A stretch of DNA of 64,000 nt. Source: Octopus vulgaris (taxonomy: Eukaryota). The notes under the pieces were generated by a model. It saw nothing but the letters and a program-made list of their open reading frames with translations. It had not been told where the DNA came from and did not search any database. Every line of letters starts with the position of its first letter. Within the stretch, counting starts at the first letter, position 1. This document shows positions 13,984-26,410 of this stretch, in pieces. The translations under genes and the position numbers were made by a program. The DNA is taken from the NCBI GenBank assembly GCA_951406725.2, contig OX597814.1, positions 167,834,001 through 167,898,000 of the forward strand, given 5' to 3'.

Positions 13984-14119
13984 CTATTTGAAATAGAAAG
14001 ATATATACAGCTTAATCTTCCAAACAATTTTAAAAGCCAATGAAAAGTGAAAGTATAGAATATTGTATCGCGCAATTTTTTTTTTTATATATATATATTA
14101 TAAGAACTTAAAAGCTTAC

Positions 14120-14467
14120 CTTCATAATAAAGCCAAAGTCCTTTGCGTTTGCCTCTGCTTGCCACTTTCAGTGTTAAATTTAATTCGTTTTTAGACGTGG
14201 GAAAACTTTTTTCATTTACACTTCGGTTACATATTGTTATGGTGTTAATTCCCAAATTCAGATCCAGATAATCTGTACAGTTTTTATTTCGTTCACCTTT
14301 TAGATCCATATCAAGTATATATAATTGAATTTTCCTATGAGGTTCCACTCTAATGTTCAATTGGCACGTGATCGGACCTTGAACATTGTTAGGGTAGCGA
14401 TCACTAGAAATGTATCCACTTGGATCAGTGAGCTGTTTGGTGGTGCATATCTTTCTGACTTCAGATC
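14120..14467 (-). CDS. Nested gene coding exon 3: CUB domain
   Basis: cctcttaaag| ... G|gtaagc, 348 nt, phase 1-1. ICTTKQLTDPSGYISSDRYPNNVQGPITCQLNIRVEPHRKIQLYILDMDL..CTDYLDL..IC..TSKNELNLTL..KGLWLYYE matches the CUB consensus (GxIxSxxYP, CxxxI, CxDYL, GFxxxY). Confidence 0.9.
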
Positions 14468-15091
14468 CTTTAAGAGGAAAAAAATAAGATAAAGTTTTTA
14501 AAAAATAATTACAGTAAACATAATTAAATTACTGTAAATAAATCATTGTTTATATATCCGTCACAAAGAACAAGACGTTTAATGAAGCACGATTAAAATT
14601 AACACTAATCTACATAGAACAGTTCTCTGCTTCGGTAGGATAAATATTCAATAATTATTTCATTTTTGTCATAAAGGATCTAATTTGCCTTAATCTGCTA
14701 ATGCTAAATTGCTTTCACTCTTATCAGTCCGAGAAATAAATAAATTTTATATATATATATATATAAACAAAACATCCCTATTGTTTTCACGTATCCAGAG
14801 AAGAGACAATGCTAGATTTTATCTCCTTTCCATTATCAGAAAGAAAGAAATGAATCTGTCTCGAATCTGAAGTAACCACGTTCTTATATTTATTATTTAC
14901 CATAAATATATACCAACATGCGAGGATTCGAAAACTACTACGATAGTTAGAATCAATTTAAGTTAGTAGCAATTTAGTGGACAGCTCGTTTTAATTTAAT
15001 AGCCATCGCAAGCATTGTATCATCGATAATAAATTTAACGAAAGTGATAGCTTATGTGATAGGATCAGCATAAAGTATTTATTTTACTCAC

Positions 15092-15367
15092 GGTTTACAC
15101 ATTGGTATTCCACTTGAAAATAATTGAAGCTACAGTTCCCTTTTCTTTGACCAGTTTTACTCGTGGGTATGTTAACAAGACAGAACTCCCGACCCATGCA
15201 AGGGTAGTTTTGTTCGTCCTCCTGTATACAGTCATTCGCTTCGTAGCTACAGGATCCCCTGCTGCTGTGTCCATAAAAACTCCTTAAGATGCGAACCATG
15301 TAATTGCTTGGACAAGTGGCGTTCAAAGAGTCCTTTTTGTCTTTAAAACAAGCGCTTACTTTCAAAC
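15092..15367 (-). CDS. Nested gene coding exon 2: SUEL/galactose-rhamnose-binding lectin-like domain
   Basis: ttttctag| ... C|gtgagt, 276 nt, phase 1-1. ACFKD..ATCPSNYMVRILRSFYGH..C..C..CMGREFC..C..YFQVEYQCV has 8 Cys in SUEL-type spacing. Confidence 0.88.
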
Positions 15368-15668
15368 CTAGAAAATATAATATTTGGTTTTATTTTAGTT
15401 GTGAAAGAGACGGCATTGTTAGTTTGGGGAAGATTGAAATTAAATATTTGATTATAAACAGAAGTTAAAAATATGTTTAGATTATTATATCAGTATAAGC
15501 TTAATGCAAAGCATTGTATATATATATTTATAGATAAATAAAAATAGTAAAAATATGAAATGCAGCTTTAATAAGAATTTTATAAGAAATAATTTTTCCT
15601 TTATGCGTGTGCGTGCGTGCGTGTTAAAGTTTTAAAAAATATATTTGCAATGCATATAAACAACTCAC

Positions 15669-15744
15669 CTGCTACAAGATGACAGATATCAAAATAAAGA
15701 AACACTGCAAACAGCACGATTGCCCAGCTAAATAATCTTGCCAT
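15669..15744 (-). CDS. Nested antisense gene, coding exon 1: start codon and signal peptide
   Basis: ATG at 15744 (gcaatcATGG). MARLFSWAIVLFAVFLYFDICHLVA then G|gtgagt donor. Upstream polypyrimidine tract with ttccag/cag acceptor at ~15757-15762. Confidence 0.85.
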
Positions 15745-15972
15745 GATTGCTAATTTCTGCTGGAAAGGAAAAATAAAACAGAAAAAAGGGTAAAATATTT
15801 TTTTTTAAATAATAACTCAATCCATTATTGAGACACATCAGTCTCAATAATAGAGAAACAACAAGTACAAAGGGAAACTGCAAGTACAAAGAAAGAGAGG
15901 CTGGTGTAATAATAATAATAGTTAGCTACGTCTCACAGCTGGACTGACTAGAGTTAGTACTATAGAACGTAC

Positions 15973-16030
15973 CTGGAACCGCTGTTCATATATAATACAC
16001 CTGCTGAAAATTATATGTATCCTTTATATA
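15973..16030 (-). promoter_or_regulatory. Candidate TATA box and short non-coding first exon of the nested gene
   Basis: Minus strand reads TATATAAAGG (16030-16021), then TCAG ~25 nt downstream, then a CCAG|gtacgt donor at 15973/15972. The ATG exon has its own acceptor, so an upstream UTR exon is implied. Confidence 0.4.
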
Positions 16031-19000
16031 TCGGCTGAATTTCCCTCCAAAATATAGAAAGTCTACAAATATGAAACAAAATTCTCTAAGACTGCGACTT
16101 GCACAGAGTCAGGTTTCTGGAGCGTCGGCTTCTGGGGACAAAGAGCAGGAAGTGTACCATCTGTGAGTGCTTAAGGGGGTTTAGAATATGTATCTTCGTA
16201 GAAAGCAGTTCATTGTGTTCAAATGTAAACAAAGTATTTTCAATGACTAATTACTCATCAAAGACACCAAGTTATTTACACTGACGACCGTCACTCTCTC
16301 CGCTAGCAGGTGCCATCATACTATAGAAGGCGGGCTATTTCTGTTGATATCCCTCCTTCCTCTACCTCACAGTCTTCTCGTGCAGCTTGAGTTGATAGTG
16401 TGACCCGACATATGTTCGAATTTGTTTTTGTTTTGTTTGTTACTTTCTTTCTGTTCAGACTGAACCATTACTACTAAAAGGGGATTTCTTATGCTCCCAT
16501 CCCTCAACTAAGGCTTTCGAGAACTGTGAATGCTGAAATTCCAACATTTCCATTGTTGTAGAGAAAAGACAAAAATACATAAATGAAAAAAGCAAAGCAT
16601 TGAATATCATTACTGTATGAAAACGCATTTATATTTACATAGCATTAAAATATTTTTTTTAATTAAATTATTTGTAAAAATTATTTTAGTCGCATGAACC
16701 TTGGATGTAATCACCAAATTTTGGAAAAGTGAGATAAGATAAATGTCTAAATCGGTTTGATAACAGAAAATTAGCAATATATTACAAATTGTTATTATTC
16801 GTTAGCAACAGAGGGATTTTTTCAAAATCTACCTCGCTACGATTGCCTACCTACCCGCCAGTTGAAAAATGGAATAGCTCTAGAAATTGTTCCTCCACCT
16901 GTCAGGCTGATTACTACGTATCATTGTTATGGAAATGAACGGTTTATACAGGTATTGTGTCGTCTCGCGGCGGTTGAATGATTAGTGAGTCTGTGGGGTC
17001 AGGAAGCAGTCAATGCAGACGCCTGAAGTCGACAGCCTGCCACACTTTAGGTTGAAGTGGTGTGGATAGGGGGTAGCAGAAGAAGAAAAAAAAGAAAACC
17101 TTTTTCTTTATCGGGCAACACCTGTCTTTCTAGTTGACAAACAATGAGCCTATCCCGACCTCTAAGCGAGCAGGCGCGTGTCTGGCATTACTTATCAACG
17201 ACGAAGAAAGAAAGAAAAGCGATCTTGTCTTTTTCATAAGTAAAGCCACTTGAGAGAGAAAACAAAAATGGAAGTGGAAGGGAGGGATTAGCGACCCTGG
17301 CGGGAAGTTAAGAGAATATTAAGACAGTGGCGTACGCCTGGCTGTAAGCCGCCACGTGCCAAGCTTACGACCTACTAGAGCAAAATTTTTCTCTAATCTT
17401 TCAATTTCGGTCGTTTCAAATGTCACCAAAGGCATCATTGGGATTCAACTATTTGCGAGACTGACAAAATGTTGAAATTGTATGCAAACACGTGTATATA
17501 TTTTACGCTGCAAAAATGTTTATAATCATCACTAGCTAATATTTTATTCACATAGTTTTATACTATTTGGTTCGATGAAATTGGTAGTTTTTTCCTAGAT
17601 AGAATATATGTAACGCCAGGAACAAAGAAGCGTCTTCCATATAATGAGAGCAACAGACGGTTTCACATACATAACCACACACACACACACACTTTTATCT
17701 TAAGTCAAATGATTGCGGCCTTGCTGGGGCACCGTCTTGAAGAATTTTTAGTACAATTAAATCGACCCCAACATTTTTTTAAAACCTGGTACTTATTCTA
17801 TCGGTCTCTTATACACACATATCCAAATGCTTGAGACTGTGCATTTGTTATATCTTTTATCTCGGGTATTGGATTGCGGCCATCCTGGGGCACCACTTCC
17901 AAGGGTTTTAGTCGCATAAATCAACCCCAATGCTTCTTTGTCTTTTTCAGTCTGGTAATTATTCTACTGGTATCTTTTGCCGAACTGCTAAGTCACTGGC
18001 TCTTATACAAACCAACAATGGTTGTCAAACGGTGAAGGGTGGGGGGGGCAAACATAGACACAAAGACACACACACACACACATATTGGTTAGTCAGTGTT
18101 AAGACTTCATATCTATAGGGCTTAAATAGGAAAAGTGGACTTCAAATATATCACACATGGAATACTTACAAGTTACCTTGCCACCCATCTAATTGCCTTG
18201 TCAGTTGCTGTTGAACAAAGAAAACAGCCTTGAAATACATAGCACTTGTTGACTTCACAAGTGTATAAATGACCAGGGATGGATAACTGAAACTCTATGG
18301 TATCACAAAGAAATAACTGCCCCTTCATCACTTTACAGAATGTACTGGGTACATCCTGTGAAGTGATTAGCATTAGGCAGGGCACCCAGCCCTAGAAAAC
18401 CGTACTACAACAGACAATTGGACCCTCGACTAGCTCCTATCAAACCGTCCAACCCATGCCTGCATGAAAAACGGACATTAAATGATGATGATGATAGATA
18501 TCATGTAACTGGATGAACATTGACTCTCCTGAGTTCATCTGCCTTTTGATAGGTCTTATTCTTCATTCCACATAATTGTCCAGAAGCCACCCTACTCACC
18601 AAGCTGGCTTGGTGATGTTACTGGCTGAGTCATAGATGGCCTGACCATGCAACAGGTTGTACTGGGGTGGAGGGTTTACATGTTACTAGTAACCCTCAAG
18701 AGTGACTTCACACACACACATCTTGTGTGTGCAGTTACATATATGACTATTACTGTTGAGTTTAGCTCCACACATATCATCATCCAGTCTGCCTCCAGTA
18801 AAGTAGTTTGGATACTACTGTACTTAATATTACTGGTTATGATACACAGAGCAAATGTATGTGTGTGTGTATGTATGTGTATAATATATATACATACACA
18901 CATACATATGTTAGTCTATATACACATATATATACATATATATATATTTATCAGCCATTTCACTATGTTGAACTGTTAATCTCTACACTTTTTTTCTCTC

Positions 19001-19332
19001 ACCATTTTTTTTTTCCTCTTGGTCCTTTCTGTCAAGTGCAGGCTTGAAACAAGACTTTTGCATTCTTCCCAAGTATTAAACAAATACACCTGCTTGTTGT
19101 TCCTACACCTGTCTTCATCTTTTGTTTTCTGTAAATTTGAACTATATGTATGTATGTTTGCACCTTGATAGATCGCTAGCTGCTACACATTCTTTATTTT
19201 CTCTCCTTGCTTCTTTCTTTGTTGCTTTCTGTGGAAGAGCGTAGGCTCGAAACGTTAAAGACTTTCTCAATTCCTGAGCGTTTGTTGTCTACACCACCTG
19301 TCTTCGTCTTTTGTTTTTTTGTGAATTCTCCC

Positions 19333-19478
<146 letters not shown>

Positions 19479-19939
19479 ATCATAAAAATTAAAAGTAATT
19501 CAAATTCAATGTTTTCTTGAAATAATAAATTTCTATAAAGATTAGGATTAAAATTCCAACCTATGAAAAGTTTCTACAATATTCTTAATTATCCAGCAAC
19601 TTGGGCTAATACAAACAAGTCTAGTAGGTGAAAAGGACTAACTGACATCTCTTATCAAGAGTGCAGACGACAGTTAGATCACTGATGTTTGTTGTGCACT
19701 CTGCTTTCATTATTTGATTGCTGTTATTCTGTGCATCTGTGTGTAAAGATCAGTTGTGTTTTGTATAGTTGCCTTATTTTTGCCCTTAACTTAGAAATGG
19801 AAAAAGACATAGTGCTGTATATAAAAAATAAGCTATTTGGGGCTAGAAATATTGCAGGAAAATATGAGGCATTCTTTCATTACTCAGTTGGGTCACACCC
19901 TTTCTATTTCCTATTTCAAAGAAATTCGAACAATAGACA

Positions 19940-20300
19940 CAGAAATGGCTGTGTGGTAAGTAGCTTGCTCACCAACCACATGGTTCCAGGTTCAGTCCCA
20001 CAGCATGGCACCTTGGGCAAGTGTCTTCTACTATAGCCTCAGGATGACCAAAGCCTTGTGAGTGGATTTAGTTGACGGAAACTGAAAGAAGCCCGTCGTA
20101 TATATGTGTATCTGTGTTTGTCCCCCCAACATCGCTTGACAACCGATGCTTTTGTGTTTACGTCCCCGTCACTTAGCAGTTCGGTAAAAGCGACTGATAG
20201 AATAAGTACTAGGCTTCCAAAGAATAAGTCCTGGGGTCGATTTGCTTGACAACAGGCAGTGCTCCAACATGGCTGCAGTCAAATGACTGAAACAAGTAAA
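19940..20300 (+). mobile_element. SINE family A
   Basis: Same head, body and tail. Confidence 0.85.
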
Positions 20301-20687
20301 AATAGTATTAAAAAAAAGAGTAATAGATATAAGACCCAAGTTTAAAAGATTCTCAACAATTCAACTTCTCTGGTTGACATTAAGACACCCAGCCCCAATA
20401 TGGGCCTTAACTCTCACATTTCAGAGCTCCATGACCTCTATTTTTCAGGAGCAAAATCCTTTTAACAGGTTCCATAAGACTGGAATTTTGGAATCTGCAC
20501 ATAAAGATCAGTCGTATGGGATACATGTATCATGATTAGAATTTTTATAAGGTGTGCAAAGAGGGAAAGAACCCTCATCTGCAATTTTGATGAAATTCGA
20601 ATGATATTCCAGTTCATTAGAGAAAATATAATAGAAAAGTCTAAGTCTTCAATTGCATGTAACACTGGCAACGCCGGGTATCTCTGC

Positions 20688-20718
<31 letters not shown>

Positions 20719-21255
20719 CATACACACACACACACAAAAGAAGATAGATTCATAGATACAACTGAGTGGGCAAGCAAAAATATGAGACACTGCTTAGTGC
20801 TTTTTTTTTATTTTGATAAGCCTGTTACTTATCAGTTTCTTCTTGTCAAACCAGTAAGTTATGGGGATGTGAATAAAGGAACAGCAGTTGTGAAGCAGTA
20901 ATGAAACACAGAGACAAAGACACACACAGACACTTACATATATACATACATATATTTATGATTGATTTCTTTCAGTTTCTGTCTACAAAATCCACTCACA
21001 TCCCACAAGGGAATAAACATAGAGGGGAAAAACAAGGACAGACAAAGGGATTAAGTCGATTACATCGACCCCAGTGCTAACTGGTACTCTATTTATCGAC
21101 CCCGAAAGGATAAATTAGAGAAGAACCACGATGTAGCAATTCAACAATAATATACTTAAATCATACCATATAGAAAAAATTAAAGATACGATAAAGCATT
21201 TACCTAGAACTAAATAAAATACGAAATAATAAATAAATAGTATATAATTAGTAAA

Positions 21256-21340
21256 TAGACAATATGTGTTTCATAGCTATATTTTCAAATTGATAACAGT
21301 AAAATCAATTCAATTTTAATACAGTCACTCATCAGGTCCA
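21256..21340 (-). ncRNA. Decayed minimal type I hammerhead ribozyme-like motif (Penelope type)
   Basis: Minus strand reads tggac-c... CTGATGA, stem II (gtgactgtatt...aatatagctat), GAAAC-AC-ATA, then t-tgtcta which can pair with tggac. Confidence 0.55.
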
Positions 21341-21798
21341 AGGTAAAAACAATAAAATAATTAAATAAATGTACGTATATTATCCTATAAGAAAATATAA
21401 ATATATATAAAAATACGTAATTTTTCAATAAAAAGTCGAACAAAATTCAACAATATATCTTTAAACAAAAACACGAAATATCTTATCAAATATATTCTGT
21501 TAACTAAATCTTTAAACTTAATGCGTAGGACCTAGTGTGTATAATAAATTTATCTCATTAAAAATGTGGTGTAAATCAAACTAGAATAAATAGATAGAAA
21601 TATTTATTTTATCTATTAAAATATATTTTAGCTTATAGAAGAAAAATATAACAAACTATAGTATATCATTACTGGAAAATTAAAATACAAGTAACTAAAA
21701 TGAAATATTTAAACAAAATATATAAAATACATAATATACATTAAGTGAAGCTAAAATACCATAACCTAATCCATATCCATCAAATTATTATGCGTGCT

Positions 21799-21842
<44 letters not shown>

Positions 21843-22654
21843 AAGAGATATACACACACACACATATATATACACATATACATATATATATATATATATT
21901 GGAAGGTTTGGAGATGATGTACAGGTATTATATATTGGGAGAAAGCGCTAATCCGAATGATATGATCTGAATGATATGATATATATGTAAAAAATGTAAT
22001 ATATAAATAAATATCTATAAATATGAACCATCCGATCTGATTACCTCATTTTTTCTAATATATATATATATATACACATACATATATGTATATATACAAA
22101 GATATGAATATACACACATATATGCATATACATACATACATGTACAAACATGTATATGAATTCATATTGCAAGTAATAGAAATGAAAGTAATTGAAATTG
22201 AAACCATATAATAGTGAAAGTATTGATAGAGATGTTACTGTTTCACTTTTGACATGTAATACGGAAACAGTATAAGAGATAAGAGATTGTTCCATGCTCG
22301 CATTAGGCAAGAAGTTGGAAATTTTTTCTGTCCATGACACTGCAGGGACCCTAAGTAAGGCATGAGTAAAATTTGAATGAGATACGTTGGGTAGTTCTCG
22401 AGTTTTAGTGATGCACACACATACAGACAGACACATATTCTCAGTTATGTGTATATATATATATAATGTGTGTGTGTATATATATATGTGCACACATACA
22501 CACACACATCTCAGAATTGACAGGCTTCATTCAGTTTCTACCAAAATCATTCTGGTATGGGGCTGGAACAGAAGATACTGGCCGAAGGTATTATGCAGTA
22601 GGCATGAACCCAGAACCACAAGGTTGTGAATTGAACTTCCTGACCACATGTCCA

Positions 22655-22658
<4 letters not shown>

Positions 22659-22732
<74 letters not shown>

Positions 22733-22790
22733 CCTCTCTCTCTCTCCTCTCTCTTTTCTTTCTTCTCTCTCTCTCTTTCTCTCCATCTCT
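22659..22790. repeat. (CT)n microsatellite (others at ~34296-34367, 56692-56775, 58799-58872)
   Basis: Direct inspection. Confidence 0.97.
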
Positions 22791-23199
22791 GTCTGTAATT
22801 TCGGAATTGTAGTTGTTTGGCAAGTGGCTTGATCTGAGGCTGTGTGTTGGAAAAGAAACAATTACATCATGGAAGAGTCATTTTAGTCATTTAAGAACAG
22901 AAAAACTGTGTTACATTTACATTTCATTAATTCCTTAATAGCCAGTCTATTATGAGGTGTATTGAAATATTTTGCCACACTCATTCAGCTTAGTCACTGA
23001 TAGCATTCCAGATGCCATAGAACTGTGTCAATGACCAGGTCGCAGAAGTGCACTTTGTAATAAAGTTTACAAAATAAACAAAGTAAATTTAATAGTTTCT
23101 GTGTGTTCTTCAATGGTTAGAAATTACTTTCCCACAATGTAATTGTTTATATTTATATATATATATTATAATAAGAGATATATATAAACATACACAAGG

Positions 23200-24050
23200 A
23201 GTATATAAGGATAAATTATCCAAGCAGGTACCCATAAGAGCTCTCTATTACAGTCCAGGTTCTGGCTAACTGCACCAATTACTAAGAAGCACCAAGGGTC
23301 GCTTAGGGTGAACAATCCCACTGTATTTCTTCTGATAGTGGATTATAAATATTTTCAGGAGTGTAAATCCAAAAGAATACAAGGCTCGCTTTTTTCTTTA
23401 TTTTACTATGGTTTTAGATACCAAAGGAAAGTGAAAGGGAGATGTTGAATCTTGATATGGCTATAAAATTTACTCTGTAGCTGACCTCATGTTAACCTTA
23501 GTTCCAGGACAAAATTGAGAGTTTTATACACTAAATTAGGTCAAAATATATCTTAGTGTTTTAATAGAACTTTATCTATGTATTAAAAGATATTAATTAG
23601 AAATAAATTTAATTTAATTTTATCAGTTGAAGGAATTGTCATGTACTTAAGATGTCCATATGAAAGGTGAGTTTTAGATAATATACAAGTTACTGTATCC
23701 TATATGTGTTGCCACGATTTGTAAAAAAGATATTTCAAGCTGGTGAAAATATCAATAACTTGTTGTAAATTAGCCTAGATATTATCCCAGCATTTACCCC
23801 TTAAATTTAAGCACTTTCCATTAGTATAATGAATACTATCTTATCCAACAACTGTATGGAAGTGTTTAAATGTTTTCTCATGCAGGTGAGGACAGCTCAA
23901 CACCTGTTCGAGTCTACTGTTAAGTAATTGGCATTTTGATATAAAAATCTGGTAAATTTCCTCTATACATAAGTTACATCTTTTCCTCCTGTTATATAAA
24001 AGTACAGCTGTGCTAATTGTTTGTAATTGTTTGGGATTTACACTCCTGTA
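23200..24050 (-). mobile_element. Penelope-like element remnant (GIY-YIG C-terminal region and flank)
   Basis: YNRRKRCNLCIEEIYQI..LLNSRLEQVLSCPH resembles the PLE C-terminal motif CxLCxxEK..LLNxRxExxSxCxH. Confidence 0.65.
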
Positions 24051-24059
24051 TATACATAT

Positions 24060-24400
24060 AGGGTAAAGACCCCTTCTGGTCATGAATGACCAAGGCATTG
24101 CACCTAGAAAGTTACCCTCCGAGGCACAAGTCCAGGTAAGGTTGATTCTGGAAGACCAGCGGTCGCCCATGCTTACCAGCCTCCCCTCTCCATGCCACCC
24201 ATGCTGTCCAAGGGTAAGGCAAAGGCCAATACAGCTTGGTACTAGTGACATTGCATCTCATTTCTACAGCAGAGGGAAATGGAGCAACATGAAATAAAGT
24301 GTCTTGCTTAAGAACACAACACACAGCCTGGTCCAGGAATTGAACTCACTACCTCATGACTATGAGCCCAATGCTCTAACCACTGAGCCATGTGCCTTCA
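24060..24400 (-). mobile_element. tRNA-derived SINE family E (related heads ~28080-28320 -, 51988-52250 +)
   Basis: Minus strand tggctcagtggttagagc...gagttcaattcct head followed by tgtgttgtgttcttaagcaagacact. Confidence 0.65.
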
Positions 24401-25681
24401 CTCATCATCATCATCATTTAGCGTTCGCTTTCCATGCTAGCATGGGTTGGACGGTTCAACTGGGGTCTGGGAAGCCAGAAGGCTGCACCAGGCCCAGTCT
24501 GATCTGGCAATGTTTCTACGGCTGGATGCCCTTCCTAACGCCAACCACTCCGTGAGTGTAGTGGGTGCTTTTTACGTGCCAGACGAGGCTGGCAAACGGC
24601 CACGATCAGATGGTGCTTTTTATGTACCACCGGCACAAGGCCAGTCGGAGCGGCATATACTAGCAGAGATACCCAGCCTTGCTCAGGATTAAAATGGCAT
24701 AGATTTTTATTACTTTACTTGTTTCAGTCATGTGACTGCGGCCATGCTGGAGCACTGCCGTTGGTCAAAGAAATCAACCACAGGATTTATTCTTTGTAAG
24801 CCTAGTATTCATTCTGTCAGTGTCTTTTACCAAACCACTAAGTTGCAGGAATGTAAACACAGGTAAACAGAAACTGAAAGAAACCTGTTGATACATATTT
24901 GTGTGTGTATGTATGTGTGTACCTTTGTCTTGACATCATGTAATGGTTGTAAAATGAACATCACCATCATACAAGCAATATTGTTCATTTCCAGTCTTCC
25001 ATGTTTGGTCCTGGAAAATATTGCCTTGCTTGAGAACAAGTGAGGGCTAGTGATAGGAAGGGAACTGGCTATACAAAATCAGCCTCAAGTTCCATCTGAC
25101 CCATGGATGGAAAAGTGGACATTAAATGATTATGACAATCTCAGCAGAATGAGTGGCAAATTAAATTTCAGCAGCATTTGAACCTAGCATGTACAAGCTG
25201 GCAACTAAATACTGCAAGGCTGTTAGTTTGGCGTCTGATCATTTCTGCTGCATCACACCATAGTTATCTCTTATTATAAAAGGCAGATTTTATCTGCCTC
25301 CCTTTGGGAGTTATACAAATCTACAATATAGGATTTCTTCAATTACAATTTACCTAGCAATTTTAAGAGTACAATGCATCGCGTCATGCCAGCTCCAGTT
25401 TTTAAAATTTAAACTCCAATTAAGCAAAATTTACAGAAAACTCACATTCTGGTGTGTGTGTCAAATGCTTTTCTTAGTCTGGTTTACACCACACGCAAAC
25501 GCACACACACAGTGGGCAACGTATAAAATGAAAGTAAATAGCGACAGAGTGATTTGAGGAAGACTAAAGTGAAAGTATTCTGTCTATGACGCTGATAGAT
25601 ATATGAGTAAAATGTATGGGAAGCTAAGAGCTAAGAGTGAGTGAAAATGTTCTTGGAAGAGAGTAATTAGTAATAAAGTAA

Positions 25682-25972
25682 ACATACACTCATACATACA
25701 TACATACATACATACATACATACATACACACACACACATACATACACACACACATACATACATACACACATACATACATACATATACATACATACATACA
25801 TATACATACATACATACACACACACACATACACACACACACAGTATTGAAGCTTGAGAACAATCAGATACATTTGCAACACATCTGTTGAAAATATTATT
25901 GTTCACACACATACATATACATATATACATACAGACAGACAGACAGATAGACACACACACACACACACACAC
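25682..25972. repeat. Compound (CATA)n/(CA)n microsatellite (similar TA/TG/CA tracts at ~19334-19478, 37578-37702, 45640-45708, 47189-47500)
   Basis: Direct inspection. Confidence 0.95.
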
Positions 25973-26029
25973 ATGATCCAGCATGGCCACAACCTCAAGG
26001 CTGAAACATATAAAAGAATAACAGAATAT

Positions 26030-26390
26030 AAATGTGTGCAAAGTACAAGAAATATTAATGCAGTATATGGGGATTGGACAATAAGCGTAAGGCAGTGTCA
26101 ATGGTGGTTCCAGAAATCCCGAGCCATAAACTACAGCATAGAAGACGAGCCTCATCCGGAAAGATCTGTAGAACTCGACAAGGACATCCTGAAAACCCTG
26201 GTGGAACAAAATATCATCGTAACTGTTGAGGAACTAGCAGAGAAGCTTGGATTTGGTCATTCAACCATTCATTGACACCTGTGTGCTATCGGAAAAGTCA
26301 GCAAATTGGGTCAATGGGTTCATCATGAACTTTCCGAGTCTAATTGCATGCAGAGAGTGAATGTATGCTTTTCTTTGCTGTCATATCTCA
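26030..26390 (+). pseudogene. Mariner transposase N-terminal (HTH) fragment
   Basis: STRNINAVYGDWTISVRQCQWWFQK..EDEPHPERS..TVEELAEKLGFGHSTIH*HL..GKVSKLGQWVHHEL (degenerate WVPHEL). Internal stop, no DDD domain. Confidence 0.88.
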
Positions 26391-26410
26391 CCACTACTGC
26401 GCTATGTATA

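Noticed and set aside
25853-26275. 140-aa ORF as a domesticated SETMAR-like gene
   Set aside because: The N-terminus is microsatellite, and the transposase part has a stop and no catalytic domain.
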